IMG/VR virus record: IMGVR_UViG_3300027672_001796
Direction: 5' to 3' (one strand)
DNA length: 64,000 bases
Source of the DNA: a virus
Taxonomy: Duplodnaviria; Caudoviricetes
In this document: positions 37,501 through 48,300 of the stretch, one piece after another
Layout of the letters: each line of letters begins with the position of its first letter
Numbering within the stretch: the stretch's first letter is position 1
Translations under genes and position numbers: made by a program
Notes under the pieces: generated by a model
The model's input: only the letters and a program-made list of their open reading frames with translations
Told to the model about the DNA's origin: nothing
The model's database searches: none

Positions 37501-38576
37501 TGATATTTGGAAGTAACATAACTAAGTTCGCTGTTAATATGAAACATGTTGGAGACTCGTTTGAGAAAATGGGCGACGACCCATTTGTTATATTCGACAA
37601 TTTAGAAAGCCAATCTAAACACATGGGAATGTTTGCCACAAGTACAGCACAACTTAATGAAGCATTAGGTAATTTCGACGGAGCCGGTATTGGTCAAGGG
37701 TTCTACATAATGGGCGATGGCATAGCCTATCTAGCACAGCAAATAGCCGATATAAACTTCGCAGATTTATTAAAAATAGCGGCATTAGGATTAATAGGCG
37801 GTAGTAGTTCAGCAGGAGCCAAGCAAGTAAACACAGACATGTCAAACGTTCCTACTAGTAAAGCAGGACAGAAAGCACTACAAAAAACTAGTGCGCCATT
37901 AGTAGAAAAAGGTATAACTAAAACACCAACAGTTATCGAAGATCTCTTGAGCGAAGATGACTGGGGTATTGCTAGTACATCGTTAAAAGAGTTAACAGAA
38001 AGACTACAAACAGCCACAGCCGCCCTCGAAAAAGGCCCCGACATTGATTCGATGGATTATATGGATGACGAACAAAGGCTTAAGAACGATGTGATGTGGG
38101 CAAAGATGGACATTAGAAGTAAGAAAGATCAGATGGCTGGCGGAACTGGCAGTTTTGCAGAGACAACAACAACGGGCATAGGAAGACCAGAAGCTTTGCC
38201 AATTGGTGAGACTTCGGACTATGATGATGAAGACATCTTCGACTCTGTGCCGATACCTACGGCAATAGATAGGTCACCGGCTGGCAGAGCCAAACGAAGA
38301 AGAGAACAGTTAGAGAAGAGAAAGGGTGGCGACTTAACTGGATTTAATGGCAACACTGGAACAGATGTTGACACAGCCGCACAATTCCCAGAAACTAAAA
38401 AGCAAAAAGATACCAAGCCCAAAGTAGATACTACTATGGACGACTTCAATTCAAAACCAACCTCAACAACCCCAACTCCTAACGAAGATAGGATAGGCGA
38501 ACTAATATCATTACAGACCGAAAATAACAAGCTATTAAAGGCTCAAATCAAAGCTACTAAAGTTCTAAACGACTAA
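34539..38576 (+). CDS. Tail tape measure protein
   Basis: 1345 aa, Ala/Gly/Leu-rich amphipathic helical repeats with hydrophobic central segments. GTG start with AAGGA SD. Lies next to the hub chaperone and portal genes. Confidence 0.75.
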   Translation: MAVEFNIEGQNFRFPDWATESTMEEVSKVLQEIAKNNGVSDKDLKALVENNKKMHLAITNNAKDEKSSDKARQEEAKEAGGFLQEMIRGIKGNEDAIRDGNKVDKKEYKSFATKVIDDFENTGEQLVGAVGFVGGGVFKAGMLLGGAAVTGAGFISKAMMGAGSAINDLTSVGIGFNSTYTDMGKTTTQAIGQLGALGDGFAGAAQRMANSSSVIATQGFGRFTDTMKFAADTSEELGLSFQDSMDRFGQALDRRQAMLNLGNVDQGRLNQQVARTTRLQQAYSTAIGVSTAELQNFVSQLLDEGQLTATLLQFNDAVRSDVIGGIEVFASGMAAMGGKAGADLATAFQEAANTSAIGMSQAAIGMVTALPNLQGPMNEYITAVQNGTLSQDQAQGMVEGLTSTLGNLSHSEKQRIRAMANIGDESAKTMANAIAQFEQSESKMKDINKSLGTGFQMDLVQKGTNQFNKVMAQISGGAQNAFYSLFSDPEVTGAISDGFKEILDIFGFGVDDMSGAAMSMGDRVGKMATTLAKWIKVAADQLADFAQYIKTAFDKDGFAGVIQTLLGDIGSAITSGLLKLLAAAVPVIIALSTAKALAVQAVTGKVQAGVGGALADTIKNRVSSSGATSVGSGLEAAGSKATDITESALSGGGKTGGFLQRIADGVKKFGDTKVLKGAAAIALLGASVGLAAVGLKQFNDVEWTSIVKGTIALGGLAALATVLGKASGSMLTGAAAIALLGLSILPLGKGLQLMKDVGLKTIGVLAAGLVVLGIAAAGLSFISPFIITGAIAIGALGLALIPLGLAMQLINEPLKNFGPSLSALADVDGGGLMNTAGGLLAVGAAMTLMAPMLPFMLIGSMAGPVMERLADSLYAFNRVDMKNLSMAGGAMKSLGGGMSAMSGGTLMSGIKDGIGALFGADSPIEKMKKFIDGLAGISVKPLLIIAKGFVLLQQAIIKLPVTLLNTMARMNEMSDMFLLLAEESRFIMIFGSNITKFAVNMKHVGDSFEKMGDDPFVIFDNLESQSKHMGMFATSTAQLNEALGNFDGAGIGQGFYIMGDGIAYLAQQIADINFADLLKIAALGLIGGSSSAGAKQVNTDMSNVPTSKAGQKALQKTSAPLVEKGITKTPTVIEDLLSEDDWGIASTSLKELTERLQTATAALEKGPDIDSMDYMDDEQRLKNDVMWAKMDIRSKKDQMAGGTGSFAETTTTGIGRPEALPIGETSDYDDEDIFDSVPIPTAIDRSPAGRAKRRREQLEKRKGGDLTGFNGNTGTDVDTAAQFPETKKQKDTKPKVDTTMDDFNSKPTSTTPTPNEDRIGELISLQTENNKLLKAQIKATKVLND

Positions 38577-38609
38577 TTTCAAAAAGACTTGACATTATTT
38601 CATTAAAGT

Positions 38610-38617
38610 GATAAATA
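38610..38617 (+). promoter_or_regulatory. Late promoter GATAAATA
   Basis: Upstream of the portal gene. Confidence 0.7.
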
Positions 38618-38638
38618 TACGCATATAAAGGAACTTTT

Positions 38639-40333
38639 ATGGCAACTTGGCGAAAATATTTTAATGCAACATCATCAAACGGAGGAATGCCTTCGAACAT
38701 TGATGGGCAGTCAGCTGGACAATTTGGTGCGGCTCGGTTTAGCAGTTGGTTACCTGAAGTATATGCAGGCAGTCCTAACAGACTTATGCGTTATATTCAG
38801 TATGACCAAATGGACAACGACTTGGAGATCAATGCGGCACTAGATATTATTGCAGAATTTTGCTCACAAGATGACGAGTACACTAAACTACCATTCATAT
38901 TCGAGTTTACAGAAGATCCTAGCGAAACAGAAATGAAAATTCTTAGCAAAACACTTGATCAATGGTGTAACAACAACGAGCTAAGAAGACGAGCTTTTAA
39001 AATGGTAAGGAACACTCTTAAATACGGAGACCAGTTCTTTATTAGAGATCCAGAAACTTATAAACTATTTTGGGTTGACCCAGCAAACATTGAAAAGGTT
39101 GTTGTTAACGAAAGTGAAGGTAAGAAGATTGAAACTTACTTTATTAAAAACTTAGACGTTAACTTTGAACAAATGTCGGCAACAAGTGCCGCGGCATTAC
39201 ATGCCAGACCATATGGCGCAGGTGGCGGCATGATGGCAGGCGGCAATGTTGGAACTAGTGTTAGTAACTATTCGCCTATGGGCGGAGACCAAGGTGCTAC
39301 AACAGGTAGTCCAGTTGATGCACAGCATGTAGTACATATTAGTTTAACAGAAGGCATGGATCATTCATGGCCCTTTGGCATTAGCGTATTAGAGCCAGTA
39401 TTTAAAGTTTTTAAACAAAAAGAATTATTAGAAGATAGTATTATTATTTACAGAGTTCATAGAGCACCTGAAAGAAGAGTGTTTATGATTGACGTTGGTA
39501 ATATGCCTCCTCATAAAGCACAACAGTACTTAGAACGTGTTAAGTATGAAGTACAGCAAAAACGTGTACCTAACAAAAACAAAGACGGCAACAATGTTGC
39601 AGATGCGGCTTACAATCCAATGAGTATGTTAGAAGATTACTTCTTTGCTCAAACGGCAGACGGTCGTGGTAGTAAAGTTGATACATTGCCTGGCGGTGAG
39701 AACTTAGGTCAAATTGACGACTTAAAATACTTTAACAACAAACTGCTAAGAGGATTGAGAGTACCAAGTTCATATTTGCCTACTGGCCCAGATGATGGAA
39801 CAGCGGCAACAACTGACGGTAAAGTAGGCGTTGCATACATACAAGAATTTCAATTTGCTAAGTTTTGTCAAAGACTACAAAAGCAAATTATACGAACATT
39901 AGATAGAGAATTTAAAATGTTCTTAAACTATAAAGGCATTGAGCTTGATTCAAGTACATTTAAATTAGAATTAACAGTACCTCAAAACTTCAGTTCATAC
40001 AGAGACTTGGACATGAACCTTCAAAGAGCACAGCTATTCGGCAGTTTAGAAGCAGTACCGTATTTAAGTCAGCAATTTAAACTTAAGAAGTACTTAGGCT
40101 TAACGCAAGAAGAGATGAAGGATAACGAGCATTATTGGAAGATGGAGAATAAATACAATACAGACGGCGCAGAAGATGTAGGCTTACGAAATGTAGGCGT
40201 TAGACCTGGCCCAAGTGCTCCGTTAGACATAATGGCACCGGTAGAAGACATACCAGCACCAATGGATGATGTAATGAGTCCAGATGTTAGCGGAATGGAA
40301 CCTGGTTCAGAAATACCAGATGGAAACTTATAA
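38639..40333 (+). CDS. gp20: Portal protein, T4 gp20-like
   Basis: LEDSIIIYRVHRAPERRVFMIDVGNMPPHKAQQYLE, SMLEDYFF, GRGSKVDTLPGGENLGQIDDLKYF, LRVPSSYL. Confidence 0.95.
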   Translation: MATWRKYFNATSSNGGMPSNIDGQSAGQFGAARFSSWLPEVYAGSPNRLMRYIQYDQMDNDLEINAALDIIAEFCSQDDEYTKLPFIFEFTEDPSETEMKILSKTLDQWCNNNELRRRAFKMVRNTLKYGDQFFIRDPETYKLFWVDPANIEKVVVNESEGKKIETYFIKNLDVNFEQMSATSAAALHARPYGAGGGMMAGGNVGTSVSNYSPMGGDQGATTGSPVDAQHVVHISLTEGMDHSWPFGISVLEPVFKVFKQKELLEDSIIIYRVHRAPERRVFMIDVGNMPPHKAQQYLERVKYEVQQKRVPNKNKDGNNVADAAYNPMSMLEDYFFAQTADGRGSKVDTLPGGENLGQIDDLKYFNNKLLRGLRVPSSYLPTGPDDGTAATTDGKVGVAYIQEFQFAKFCQRLQKQIIRTLDREFKMFLNYKGIELDSSTFKLELTVPQNFSSYRDLDMNLQRAQLFGSLEAVPYLSQQFKLKKYLGLTQEEMKDNEHYWKMENKYNTDGAEDVGLRNVGVRPGPSAPLDIMAPVEDIPAPMDDVMSPDVSGMEPGSEIPDGNL

Positions 40334-40536
40334 TGAGATTAACAGAATTTTACAATCCAGAAAATGACAGGTCAGTTGGCAGATCTCTTGACGATACTAG
40401 AAAAACTAAACTTACTTTAAAAACACTGAACAAGTTAAGAAAATATAGAGAAATTAAAAAGTCAGAGAATTTAGAACAGCGTGAATTTGCATCACTTATG
40501 TATGCCAAAGCCGCTGAAGCAACTCCGGAATTTTAA
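40333..40536 (+). CDS. Small basic hypothetical head-cluster protein
   Basis: TAATG overlap with the portal stop. 67 aa. Confidence 0.7.
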   Translation: MRLTEFYNPENDRSVGRSLDDTRKTKLTLKTLNKLRKYREIKKSENLEQREFASLMYAKAAEATPEF

Positions 40537-41364
40537 ATGAAGCTAGCCGTTTGCGGTTGCTCATGGTCCTCAGTAGATCCACAGCATAAAGGAATCGAAT
40601 TCGGTTCTTTAATATCCTCACACATAAATGCAGAATATTACAACTTAGCTAAACCTGGTTGTAGTAACTTTGGCATTGCACTACAAGTAGACTATGCATT
40701 AAAACACTACGATCCAGACGTGTTTATTATAAATGCTACAACAGTTACTAGAGAAGAAATCAAACTTAAAGACTCGCCACGTTACGATCCTGAAAAAGGC
40801 TGGGATAACGTAGATTTTAACCATGTGCTGATAGAGAAGTATAGGGACGAACATGCTCCCGGCTATGGCAAAGGATATGCTCCTACGATAATGATAGACA
40901 GTTACGGCAGTATCTTTAATGAAGATATAGATAAGACTTTAGCAGACAATAACATAGTACAACGATACGAAAGAGCATTTACTAACAATAGTTTTGAAGC
41001 ACTAAAAAAGCATTTTTTGTACATATATGATGCTGATGTACAGAGACACAAACAGCAAATGATATTAACCTATGCCTTACAAAAATTGCAATTAAAAGGC
41101 AAAAAAGTTATATTCTCACCCAACACATTTGACTGGGCAGAAGGATATGATATGGTGTCTAGGGATCCTTATGCTAAGGTATGCACTAAATGGGATATAC
41201 CCAATACCATGCTACAGCAGAAAGGCATAGCAGATTATTTGTCAGTGTGCGATGACTTATGGGGCGGATGGGAAAATAGTCCAGGCACACAATATGACCA
41301 CCACTTGCCGTTAGAAGCACACCAAGCCTATGTTGAAACACTAAAACCGTATTTAACAACGTAG
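40537..41364 (+). CDS. Hypothetical protein, possible SGNH-hydrolase-like fold
   Basis: N-terminal VCGCSWS, NLAKPGCSNFGI and C-terminal DHHLPLEAH resemble SGNH blocks I, II and V. Confidence 0.45.
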   Translation: MKLAVCGCSWSSVDPQHKGIEFGSLISSHINAEYYNLAKPGCSNFGIALQVDYALKHYDPDVFIINATTVTREEIKLKDSPRYDPEKGWDNVDFNHVLIEKYRDEHAPGYGKGYAPTIMIDSYGSIFNEDIDKTLADNNIVQRYERAFTNNSFEALKKHFLYIYDADVQRHKQQMILTYALQKLQLKGKKVIFSPNTFDWAEGYDMVSRDPYAKVCTKWDIPNTMLQQKGIADYLSVCDDLWGGWENSPGTQYDHHLPLEAHQAYVETLKPYLTT

Positions 41365-41384
41365 TTTTCTTAAACGTAGCAAAG

Positions 41385-41392
41385 TATAAATA
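41385..41392 (+). promoter_or_regulatory. Late promoter TATAAATA
   Basis: T4 consensus upstream of the scaffold-protease-capsid unit. Confidence 0.65.
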
Positions 41393-41570
41393 TTCTTTAC
41401 ATATACACTATAATCACACATTTCATTCCAAATGGGCTTGTTTTAGCCTATAACTATTCAAAAACCCCACCACCGTATAAGTATTACACATATTAAGATG
41501 TAAATACAATTTTTGCTGTATAACAGCATAAAAAACATTCATTTTATACTATAATTATAGGAGCTCAATA

Positions 41571-42323
41571 ATGTCAGAACGCAATAAATTAGAACAAGTT
41601 CTCGAACTACTACTTGCAGAAGATAACGAGCGTGCCGAAGAGCTACTTCACGAATATGTCGTTGAAACTGCTCGAGCCGAGTACGAGCGTATCTTAGACG
41701 AAGATGAAGTAGTCGAAACTGAAGAAACTGAAGAAGAAGCAGTTGAAGAGTCTGAGGAATCAGAAGAAGAAGCAGTTGAAGAAGCTATTGATGATAGCGA
41801 TCCAGAAGCAGATTTTGTTAGCGATGTAGCAGATACAGACGCTGGAATTGATGACGATGAGATTGGCGGATTCGGAAGCGAAGAAGAAGCTGGTGAAGAA
41901 GAAGATTTAGAAGACAAAGTCGACAGTTTAGAAGACGAACTTGAAGATTTAAGAGCTGAATTTGAAAAATTACTTTCAGGCGAAGAAGAAGGCGAAGGCG
42001 AAGAATTGCCAGTAGACATGGACATGGAAATGGACATGGAACAGCCAGAAGAAGAGTCAATTGAATATGATTTAGACGAGGAAGTTGAAGAAGACGAAGA
42101 AGTAGTTGAAGAAGCTACTAAATTGTCTGACACTGTAGCGGCACCAAAAGGTGGCGAAGCAGACAGCAAAGAATCCCCTTTAACTAAAAAGCCAAAAGCA
42201 ACTGTAGTAACTGGAGCAGGAACACCTGTTAAAGCTAACGACGGCGGCGAAGGCAAAAAAGGCGAATCAGCTAAAGACCATACACCAACTGATAACATCA
42301 AGGTTTTGCCTAAAAAGGCATAA
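41571..42323 (+). CDS. Highly acidic prohead core/scaffold protein
   Basis: Very Glu/Asp-rich 250 aa directly upstream of the prohead protease, as for T4 gp67/gp68. Confidence 0.6.
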   Translation: MSERNKLEQVLELLLAEDNERAEELLHEYVVETARAEYERILDEDEVVETEETEEEAVEESEESEEEAVEEAIDDSDPEADFVSDVADTDAGIDDDEIGGFGSEEEAGEEEDLEDKVDSLEDELEDLRAEFEKLLSGEEEGEGEELPVDMDMEMDMEQPEEESIEYDLDEEVEEDEEVVEEATKLSDTVAAPKGGEADSKESPLTKKPKATVVTGAGTPVKANDGGEGKKGESAKDHTPTDNIKVLPKKA

Positions 42324-42346
42324 CTGAACTTTAAGGTATATTAATA

Positions 42347-42973
42347 GTGCGTAAGTTATACGAATATATGAGTCCAGAAGCCAGTAAGATTCAATTACTT
42401 GAATCTAATGACGGAAAGGATTTATTTATGGCTGGTTTATTCATCCAAGGCGATGTTAAAAATCAGAATGGCAGGGTTTATCCAAAAGATGAAATCCAAC
42501 GTGCTGTTGAGAACGTTACAGCAAGATTATCAACTGGTGAGACTGTGATGGGTGAGTTAGATCACCCAGAAGAGTTACAAATTAACCTAGACAGAGTTAG
42601 TCATATCATTACAGAAATGCAATGTGATGGCAGTGATGGAATGGGTAAATTGAAAATTATCGATACACCGATGGGAAACATTGCAAGAGCTTTATTAAAA
42701 GCTGGTGCAAAGTTAGGAGTAAGTAGTAGAGGAAGTGGTAATGTTAATGAGTCAGGTCGTGTGTCTGATTTTGATATCATTACTGTTGATATTGTTGCTC
42801 AACCTTCGGCGCCCGATGCTTATCCAAAGACAATTTATGAGTCTTTGTTTAATATGGAAGGCGGTAGCATGTTACATGAGATCGCTAAAGACTATACACA
42901 CGGAAACATTGGTGCTGAGAAGCATCTAACTAAACAAATCATTAATTTTATTAATGAATTAAAATTGAGGTAG
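42347..42973 (+). CDS. gp21: Prohead protease, T4 gp21-like
   Basis: GLFIQGDVKNQNGRVYP, GELDHP, LGVSSRGSG, DIVAQPSAPDAY. Confidence 0.95.
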   Translation: MRKLYEYMSPEASKIQLLESNDGKDLFMAGLFIQGDVKNQNGRVYPKDEIQRAVENVTARLSTGETVMGELDHPEELQINLDRVSHIITEMQCDGSDGMGKLKIIDTPMGNIARALLKAGAKLGVSSRGSGNVNESGRVSDFDIITVDIVAQPSAPDAYPKTIYESLFNMEGGSMLHEIAKDYTHGNIGAEKHLTKQIINFINELKLR

Positions 42974-42982
42974 GAGACTACT

Positions 42983-44092
42983 ATGGCAGTAAATTTTGAG
43001 GACCTGATCGAGTCTAGTGATATTAACGAAGAAGTTCGTACAAGTATCGTTGAGGCATGGGAAAGTCGTCTTGCCGAAGCCAAAGAACAACTTACAGCAG
43101 AATTAAGAGAAGAGTTTGCTCAGAGATATGAGCATGACAAAGGTCTTATTGTTGAAGCAGTTGACGGTTTTATTCATCAGCGTATCGAAGCAGAAGTTGC
43201 CGAGATTGCTGAAGATAAAAAAGCTGTTGCTGGTGAAAGAGTTGCTTATAAAAAGGCTATCAGTGAACATAGCACAAAGCTAAACAAGTTTGTGTCTGAA
43301 CAACTAGCAAAAGAGATTAAAGAGTTAAGAGCTGAACGTTCTAACGTTGCAGAACATGTAACTAAACTCGACGATTTTGTTGTTGAACAGCTGGCTGGAG
43401 AGCTTAAAGAATTCCATTCAGACAAGCAGGAACTAGTAGAGCAAAAAGTGAAAATGATGAGAGAAGGCAAAAAACAACTTGCTGAATCAAAATCAGACTT
43501 CATTAAACGTGCCGCTGATACAGTTGAAAAAACAGTAAACGCTATTGTAAAAGAGAACGTTTCCAGTTTTAAAGACGATATTACCGCCGCAAGAGAAAAC
43601 GATTTTGGTCGTAGAATATTTGAATCATTTGCAAATGAGTATCGTTCAAGTTACTTGAATGAAACCTCTGATGTAAAAGACTTACAGAAAGAAATCGCAG
43701 ACGTTAAGAAAACATTAGAAGAAACTAAAGCCCAAGCGGTAGCCACTGCTGAAGCAAAATCACTAGTTGAATCTAAGTTGAACGTAGCTAATGATTTAAT
43801 GAATCGTAAAGATGCATTAAGTGAGCTACTTAAACCTCTTAGCAAAAGCAAAAAAGAATTAATGGTAGATTTACTCGAAAGTGTAAAGACTGAGAACTTA
43901 GAGAAGCAATTCAATAAGTATCTCCCATCTGTTTTAGATGGAGAAGTTCCAGCAGTAGAGAGTAGGAAAGCAATTAATGAATCAGTTGTGTCAACACACA
44001 CTGGTAATAAAAACGTTCAGCCTTCATCGGAAGATGAACAGGACGTGGTTGAAATTAACCAAATCCGTAAATTAGCCGGACTTTCAAATTAG
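42983..44092 (+). CDS. gp22: Prohead core scaffolding protein, T4 gp22-like
   Basis: Long coiled-coil, E/K/A-rich protein between the protease and the major capsid protein. Confidence 0.8.
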   Translation: MAVNFEDLIESSDINEEVRTSIVEAWESRLAEAKEQLTAELREEFAQRYEHDKGLIVEAVDGFIHQRIEAEVAEIAEDKKAVAGERVAYKKAISEHSTKLNKFVSEQLAKEIKELRAERSNVAEHVTKLDDFVVEQLAGELKEFHSDKQELVEQKVKMMREGKKQLAESKSDFIKRAADTVEKTVNAIVKENVSSFKDDITAARENDFGRRIFESFANEYRSSYLNETSDVKDLQKEIADVKKTLEETKAQAVATAEAKSLVESKLNVANDLMNRKDALSELLKPLSKSKKELMVDLLESVKTENLEKQFNKYLPSVLDGEVPAVESRKAINESVVSTHTGNKNVQPSSEDEQDVVEINQIRKLAGLSN

Positions 44093-44102
44093 GAGATAAG
44101 AA

Positions 44103-45242
44103 ATGGCAGAATTATTTGAGAGCAATTGGTCAGCTACCAAAGACGCACTTTTAGAAGGACTTAACGGTTCTAGAAAGAGTACTTTGGACGTAGTCCTGGA
44201 AAACACTAAAAGATATATTCAGGAATCAGCATCAAGTGGTGCTACACAGGCTGGCAACGTTGCTACATTAAACAAAGTAATGTTACCTCTAATCAGAAGG
44301 GTTATGCCTTCAGTTATAGCTAACGAACTTGTGGGCGTACAGCCTATGAGTGGCCCAGTTGGGCAAATCCACACACTAAGAACACGTTATGCCGAAGCGG
44401 CAACTGGCGTGAACCCAGGTGATGAGGCTCTTAGCCCATTTAAGATTGCTAACGCTTACTCAGGAAATCCAGACGCTACTGCAAGTAGTGAAGGAACTGC
44501 TGGTAAGAAATTAAGCATCCAAATCTTAAAACAAACAGTTGAAGCAAAAACAAGACGTCTATCTGCAAGATGGACATTTGAAGCGGCACAAGATGCTGAA
44601 TCAATGCATGGTCTTGATGTTGAAGCTGAAATTATGCAGGCATTGGCACAAGAAATCGTAGTAGAAATTGACCAAGAAATTATTGGTTCACTAAGATCTC
44701 TAGCTGGCGCAGGTACTACCCTAGACTTTAACGCAGTAACTGGCACACAGACTTACGTCGGTGACAGACATGCGGTATTGGCTATTGAGATCAATAGAGC
44801 GGCGAATAGAATCGCGGCTAGAACTAGACGTGGCGCTGGTAACTATATTGTTGTTTCACCTGAAGCACTTACAATATTACAATCAGCATCTACTTCAACG
44901 TTCGCAAGAACTACTGAAGGTTCATTCGAAGCACCTACTAACACTAAACTAGCTGGAGTCCTTAATGGCTCTATCAAAGTTTTTGTTGATAGTTATGCGG
45001 CTGATGGAACTAAAGTACTTGTTGGATACAAAGGTTCATCAGAAACTGATGCTCCTGCGTTCTATTGTCCTTACATCCCATTAATGTCAACAGGTCCAGT
45101 AATGGATCCAAGCACATTTGAACCAGTAGTTTCGTTCATGACCAGATATGGTTACATTGAACTTACTAACACTGCTTCATCTTTGGGTAACGCGGCAGAC
45201 TACGTTGACGCAATAACATTGTCAAACGTTGCATTCCAATAA
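44103..45242 (+). CDS. gp23: Major capsid protein, T4 gp23-like (compact, 379 aa)
   Basis: LVGVQPMSGPVGQI, VEAKTRRLSARWTFEAAQD, EIVVEIDQEII, YCPYIPL, FMTRYG. Confidence 0.97.
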   Translation: MAELFESNWSATKDALLEGLNGSRKSTLDVVLENTKRYIQESASSGATQAGNVATLNKVMLPLIRRVMPSVIANELVGVQPMSGPVGQIHTLRTRYAEAATGVNPGDEALSPFKIANAYSGNPDATASSEGTAGKKLSIQILKQTVEAKTRRLSARWTFEAAQDAESMHGLDVEAEIMQALAQEIVVEIDQEIIGSLRSLAGAGTTLDFNAVTGTQTYVGDRHAVLAIEINRAANRIAARTRRGAGNYIVVSPEALTILQSASTSTFARTTEGSFEAPTNTKLAGVLNGSIKVFVDSYAADGTKVLVGYKGSSETDAPAFYCPYIPLMSTGPVMDPSTFEPVVSFMTRYGYIELTNTASSLGNAADYVDAITLSNVAFQ

Positions 45243-45273
45243 GATTTATCTTAAAGGTCTAAAGAAACAAATT

Positions 45274-45302
45274 AAAAGCACACTTAGGTGTGCTTTTTTT
45301 TG
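45274..45302 (+). terminator. Rho-independent terminator after the major capsid gene
   Basis: AAAAGCACAC-TTAG-GTGTGCTTTT followed by a T run. Confidence 0.9.
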
Positions 45303-45326
45303 ACTTGAAAAAAATCCCGCAAGAAA

Positions 45327-45334
45327 GATAAATA
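45327..45334 (+). promoter_or_regulatory. Late promoter GATAAATA
   Basis: Directly after the terminator and upstream of the 1754-aa fibre. Confidence 0.75.
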
Positions 45335-45375
45335 CAACTAAAGCAATTATTTAAATTTGTAGGATTTAGAATATA

Positions 45376-48300
45376 ATGACAAAACAATCGAATTTTAACC
45401 CAGAATCGGATCTGAAAGTAAAAGGTAGTTTATCCGTAGACACCCATTTGGCGGTCACAGGTAATACTGTAATAACAGGAACGTTACAAGTTACAGGCGA
45501 TACAACTTATCTTTCAGACACAGTAACACTTAACAATGCAAATGGTTATGTAATTAACGCTGACGCTGATTCAGGCACAGCATTCTTAGACATGCGTACT
45601 AACGTAGCAGACGCTAATGTGAGACTTGAATACGCTGGCGCAACTAACACCTTGCTAGTTAAAAATGATGATGGCACAGTTACTACACTGGGCGTAACAG
45701 GTGATGTCACAGCAAGTGCTACAATTACTGGTGCTACATTTACAGACGGCACAGCGACTATTACGGGCGGCGTAGGCACCGGTTTTACAAGTTTTACTTC
45801 AACAGAATTTGTTGGACACTTAACAGGACCAGTAACTGGTACAGCCACAATTGCAGACAAATTTACAAATGACAGAACATTAGCACTCACAGGTGATGTT
45901 GCAGGTAGTATTGCACTAGGACTTAATGCTACAAGTTCAGCACCAAGCATGAGTGTAACAATACAAGCAAATTCAGTTGCATTAGGAACAGATACAACGG
46001 GTAACTATGTTGCAACAATTACAGGCGGCACAGGTTTAACGTCTACTGTAGTTACAGGTGAAAGCGTAACTCCAACTATTAACTTAGATAACACGGCAGT
46101 TACTCCAGCAACTTACGGAACAGCAGGATCAACAGGAACATTTACAGTTGACCAACAAGGCAGAATAACAAGCGGTGTAACAACACCTATAGTAATTACA
46201 GCATCACAAGTTTCTGACTTTACAACAGCCGCAGAACTACTTTTAAGTATCAGTGATGCAGGCGGAGACGGAAGTTTAGCATACAACAATACAACAGGTG
46301 TATTTACATACACTGGCCCAAGTGCTTCAGAAGTAAGAGCACACTTAACAGCTGGAACAGGCTTAACAGTCACTAACGGTGAATTTGTACTAGATAATAC
46401 AGCAGTAACAGGTGCAAGTTATGGTAGTGCAACAGCAATACCTACATTCACTGTAGATGCACAAGGCAGACTAACAGCGGCGGCAGATTTAAACATTGCA
46501 GTACCAAGCTCACAGATTACAGATTTTGCAGAATCAGTTGACGACCAAGTTAATACACTATTAGTTGCGGGCACAAACTTAACCAAAGTTTACGATGATG
46601 CGGCAAATACATTAACGTTGGATACTGGATCAACAGTTATATTAACTACTGGTAACCAAAGTTTAGCAGGCACTAAGACATTTACAGGCTCTGTGGACTT
46701 AACAGGAGCAACTACAACGGTAGCAACACCTTCAGCTGATGCACATGTGTCAACGAAAAAATATGTAGATGACGAAATTGCAACTATTGTTGGTACAGCC
46801 GGAGCAACATTAGATACGCTAGGCGAAATTGCAACAGCATTAGGCAACGATGCCGCTCTTAATACAACATTAGTAAACTCTATAGCAACAAAACTTCCAT
46901 TAGCAGGCGGAACAATGTCCGGTGCTATTGCTATGAGTACAAATAAAATTACTGGATTAGGCACTCCTAGTGCAACAACAGATGCTACAACTAAGGCATA
47001 CGTTGATACTGCAAATACACAGATGGAAGCGTATGTATTGCTAAAACAATCAATAGAACGAGGCCATACTAATACTACTACGGCATTGAAAGTTAATAGA
47101 GCAATTAGAGTAGATTCTCCTTCCATGAATTGGAAAAACTTATCTGACGCATCATATACAGCAAATAACAATATTAATTTAGAAACAGAAGTTGACGGGT
47201 TAGATGGCGGCACACCAGGAGTAAGTTTTACACCAGTATTAAGTGGAACTGAACACGGTCTAATAACTATAGGCAAACAAGGCGGAATAACTCAGCAAAT
47301 ACAAGGTAACAAGGTCATATCAGGATCACTAAGGATTGCACCAGGTATAGATGTTAATAATGCCGCAAATGTCGATAACCAGGGTAGCGGTGTTTTAACA
47401 ATTAACGGCAATGTGGTTAACAGCAGTACAACACTTGTAACCGCAGGTAGCTTTGTAGTAGGCAACAAGTACACAATTGCAGTTGTAGGAACAACTAATT
47501 ATACATTAGTTGGTGCCGCAAATAACACTGTAGGCACAGTCTTTATTGCAACAGGTGTTGGTGCAGGCACAGGTAGAGCAACACATCATAACAATCAATG
47601 GCTAACAAACGTAAACCATTCATTCTTTAAGCACACAATCGCCGTCGGCGAAAGTGCGTTATCCATCTTAGGTGGTAACATTTATTACAGTACTAAATCA
47701 TCTGAAATTACACCTTACTTAGTAAGCGATACTAGTGGTGCAGGATCAATATCAACAGCTAGTGGCATCGACACTACTAAGAAACTTGGCGTTGACCAAG
47801 CACATTTCCAAACATTCGGTAACAGCACAATGTATATTGGTGATATTGGAAATGTAGCAACATATACAACAGTTCAATATGGTGGAAGTTCTTATACAAC
47901 TGGCAATAGACCATTAGAAAGATTAACAATTGACGGCGGTATAGTACTTGGAGCCAGACAAGCAGACGACTCTATTTTAGTTAACGGTACTGTTTTCTTT
48001 GACAATGACAGACTTAAAACTGTAGAAGGCGGTATTATTAAAAACGTAACAACAGCAACAGTTGATACGGTTAATTATACAACAGGCACAGGCAGAATAG
48101 CAATAAATGATTATCAAGGTGGTGAAAACTATCTTGCCGCTCTTGCACAAGGTACAGACATATCAATAACTAAAGTAAGTAATGTTGCGGCAAACGTTAT
48201 TACTATTAGTTCAAATACATCAAGCATTGTTAATACAGCAAAAAGTTCTTTGAGTGCCACAGGTGCTAACATTAGTTACGATGGAGCAGGAGCATTTACA

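Noticed and set aside
36335-37639. 434-aa antisense ORF inside the tape measure gene (likewise 41648-42301 and the many short antisense ORFs)
   Set aside because: These are antisense mirrors of strongly biased coding sequence with no SD, promoter or motif.
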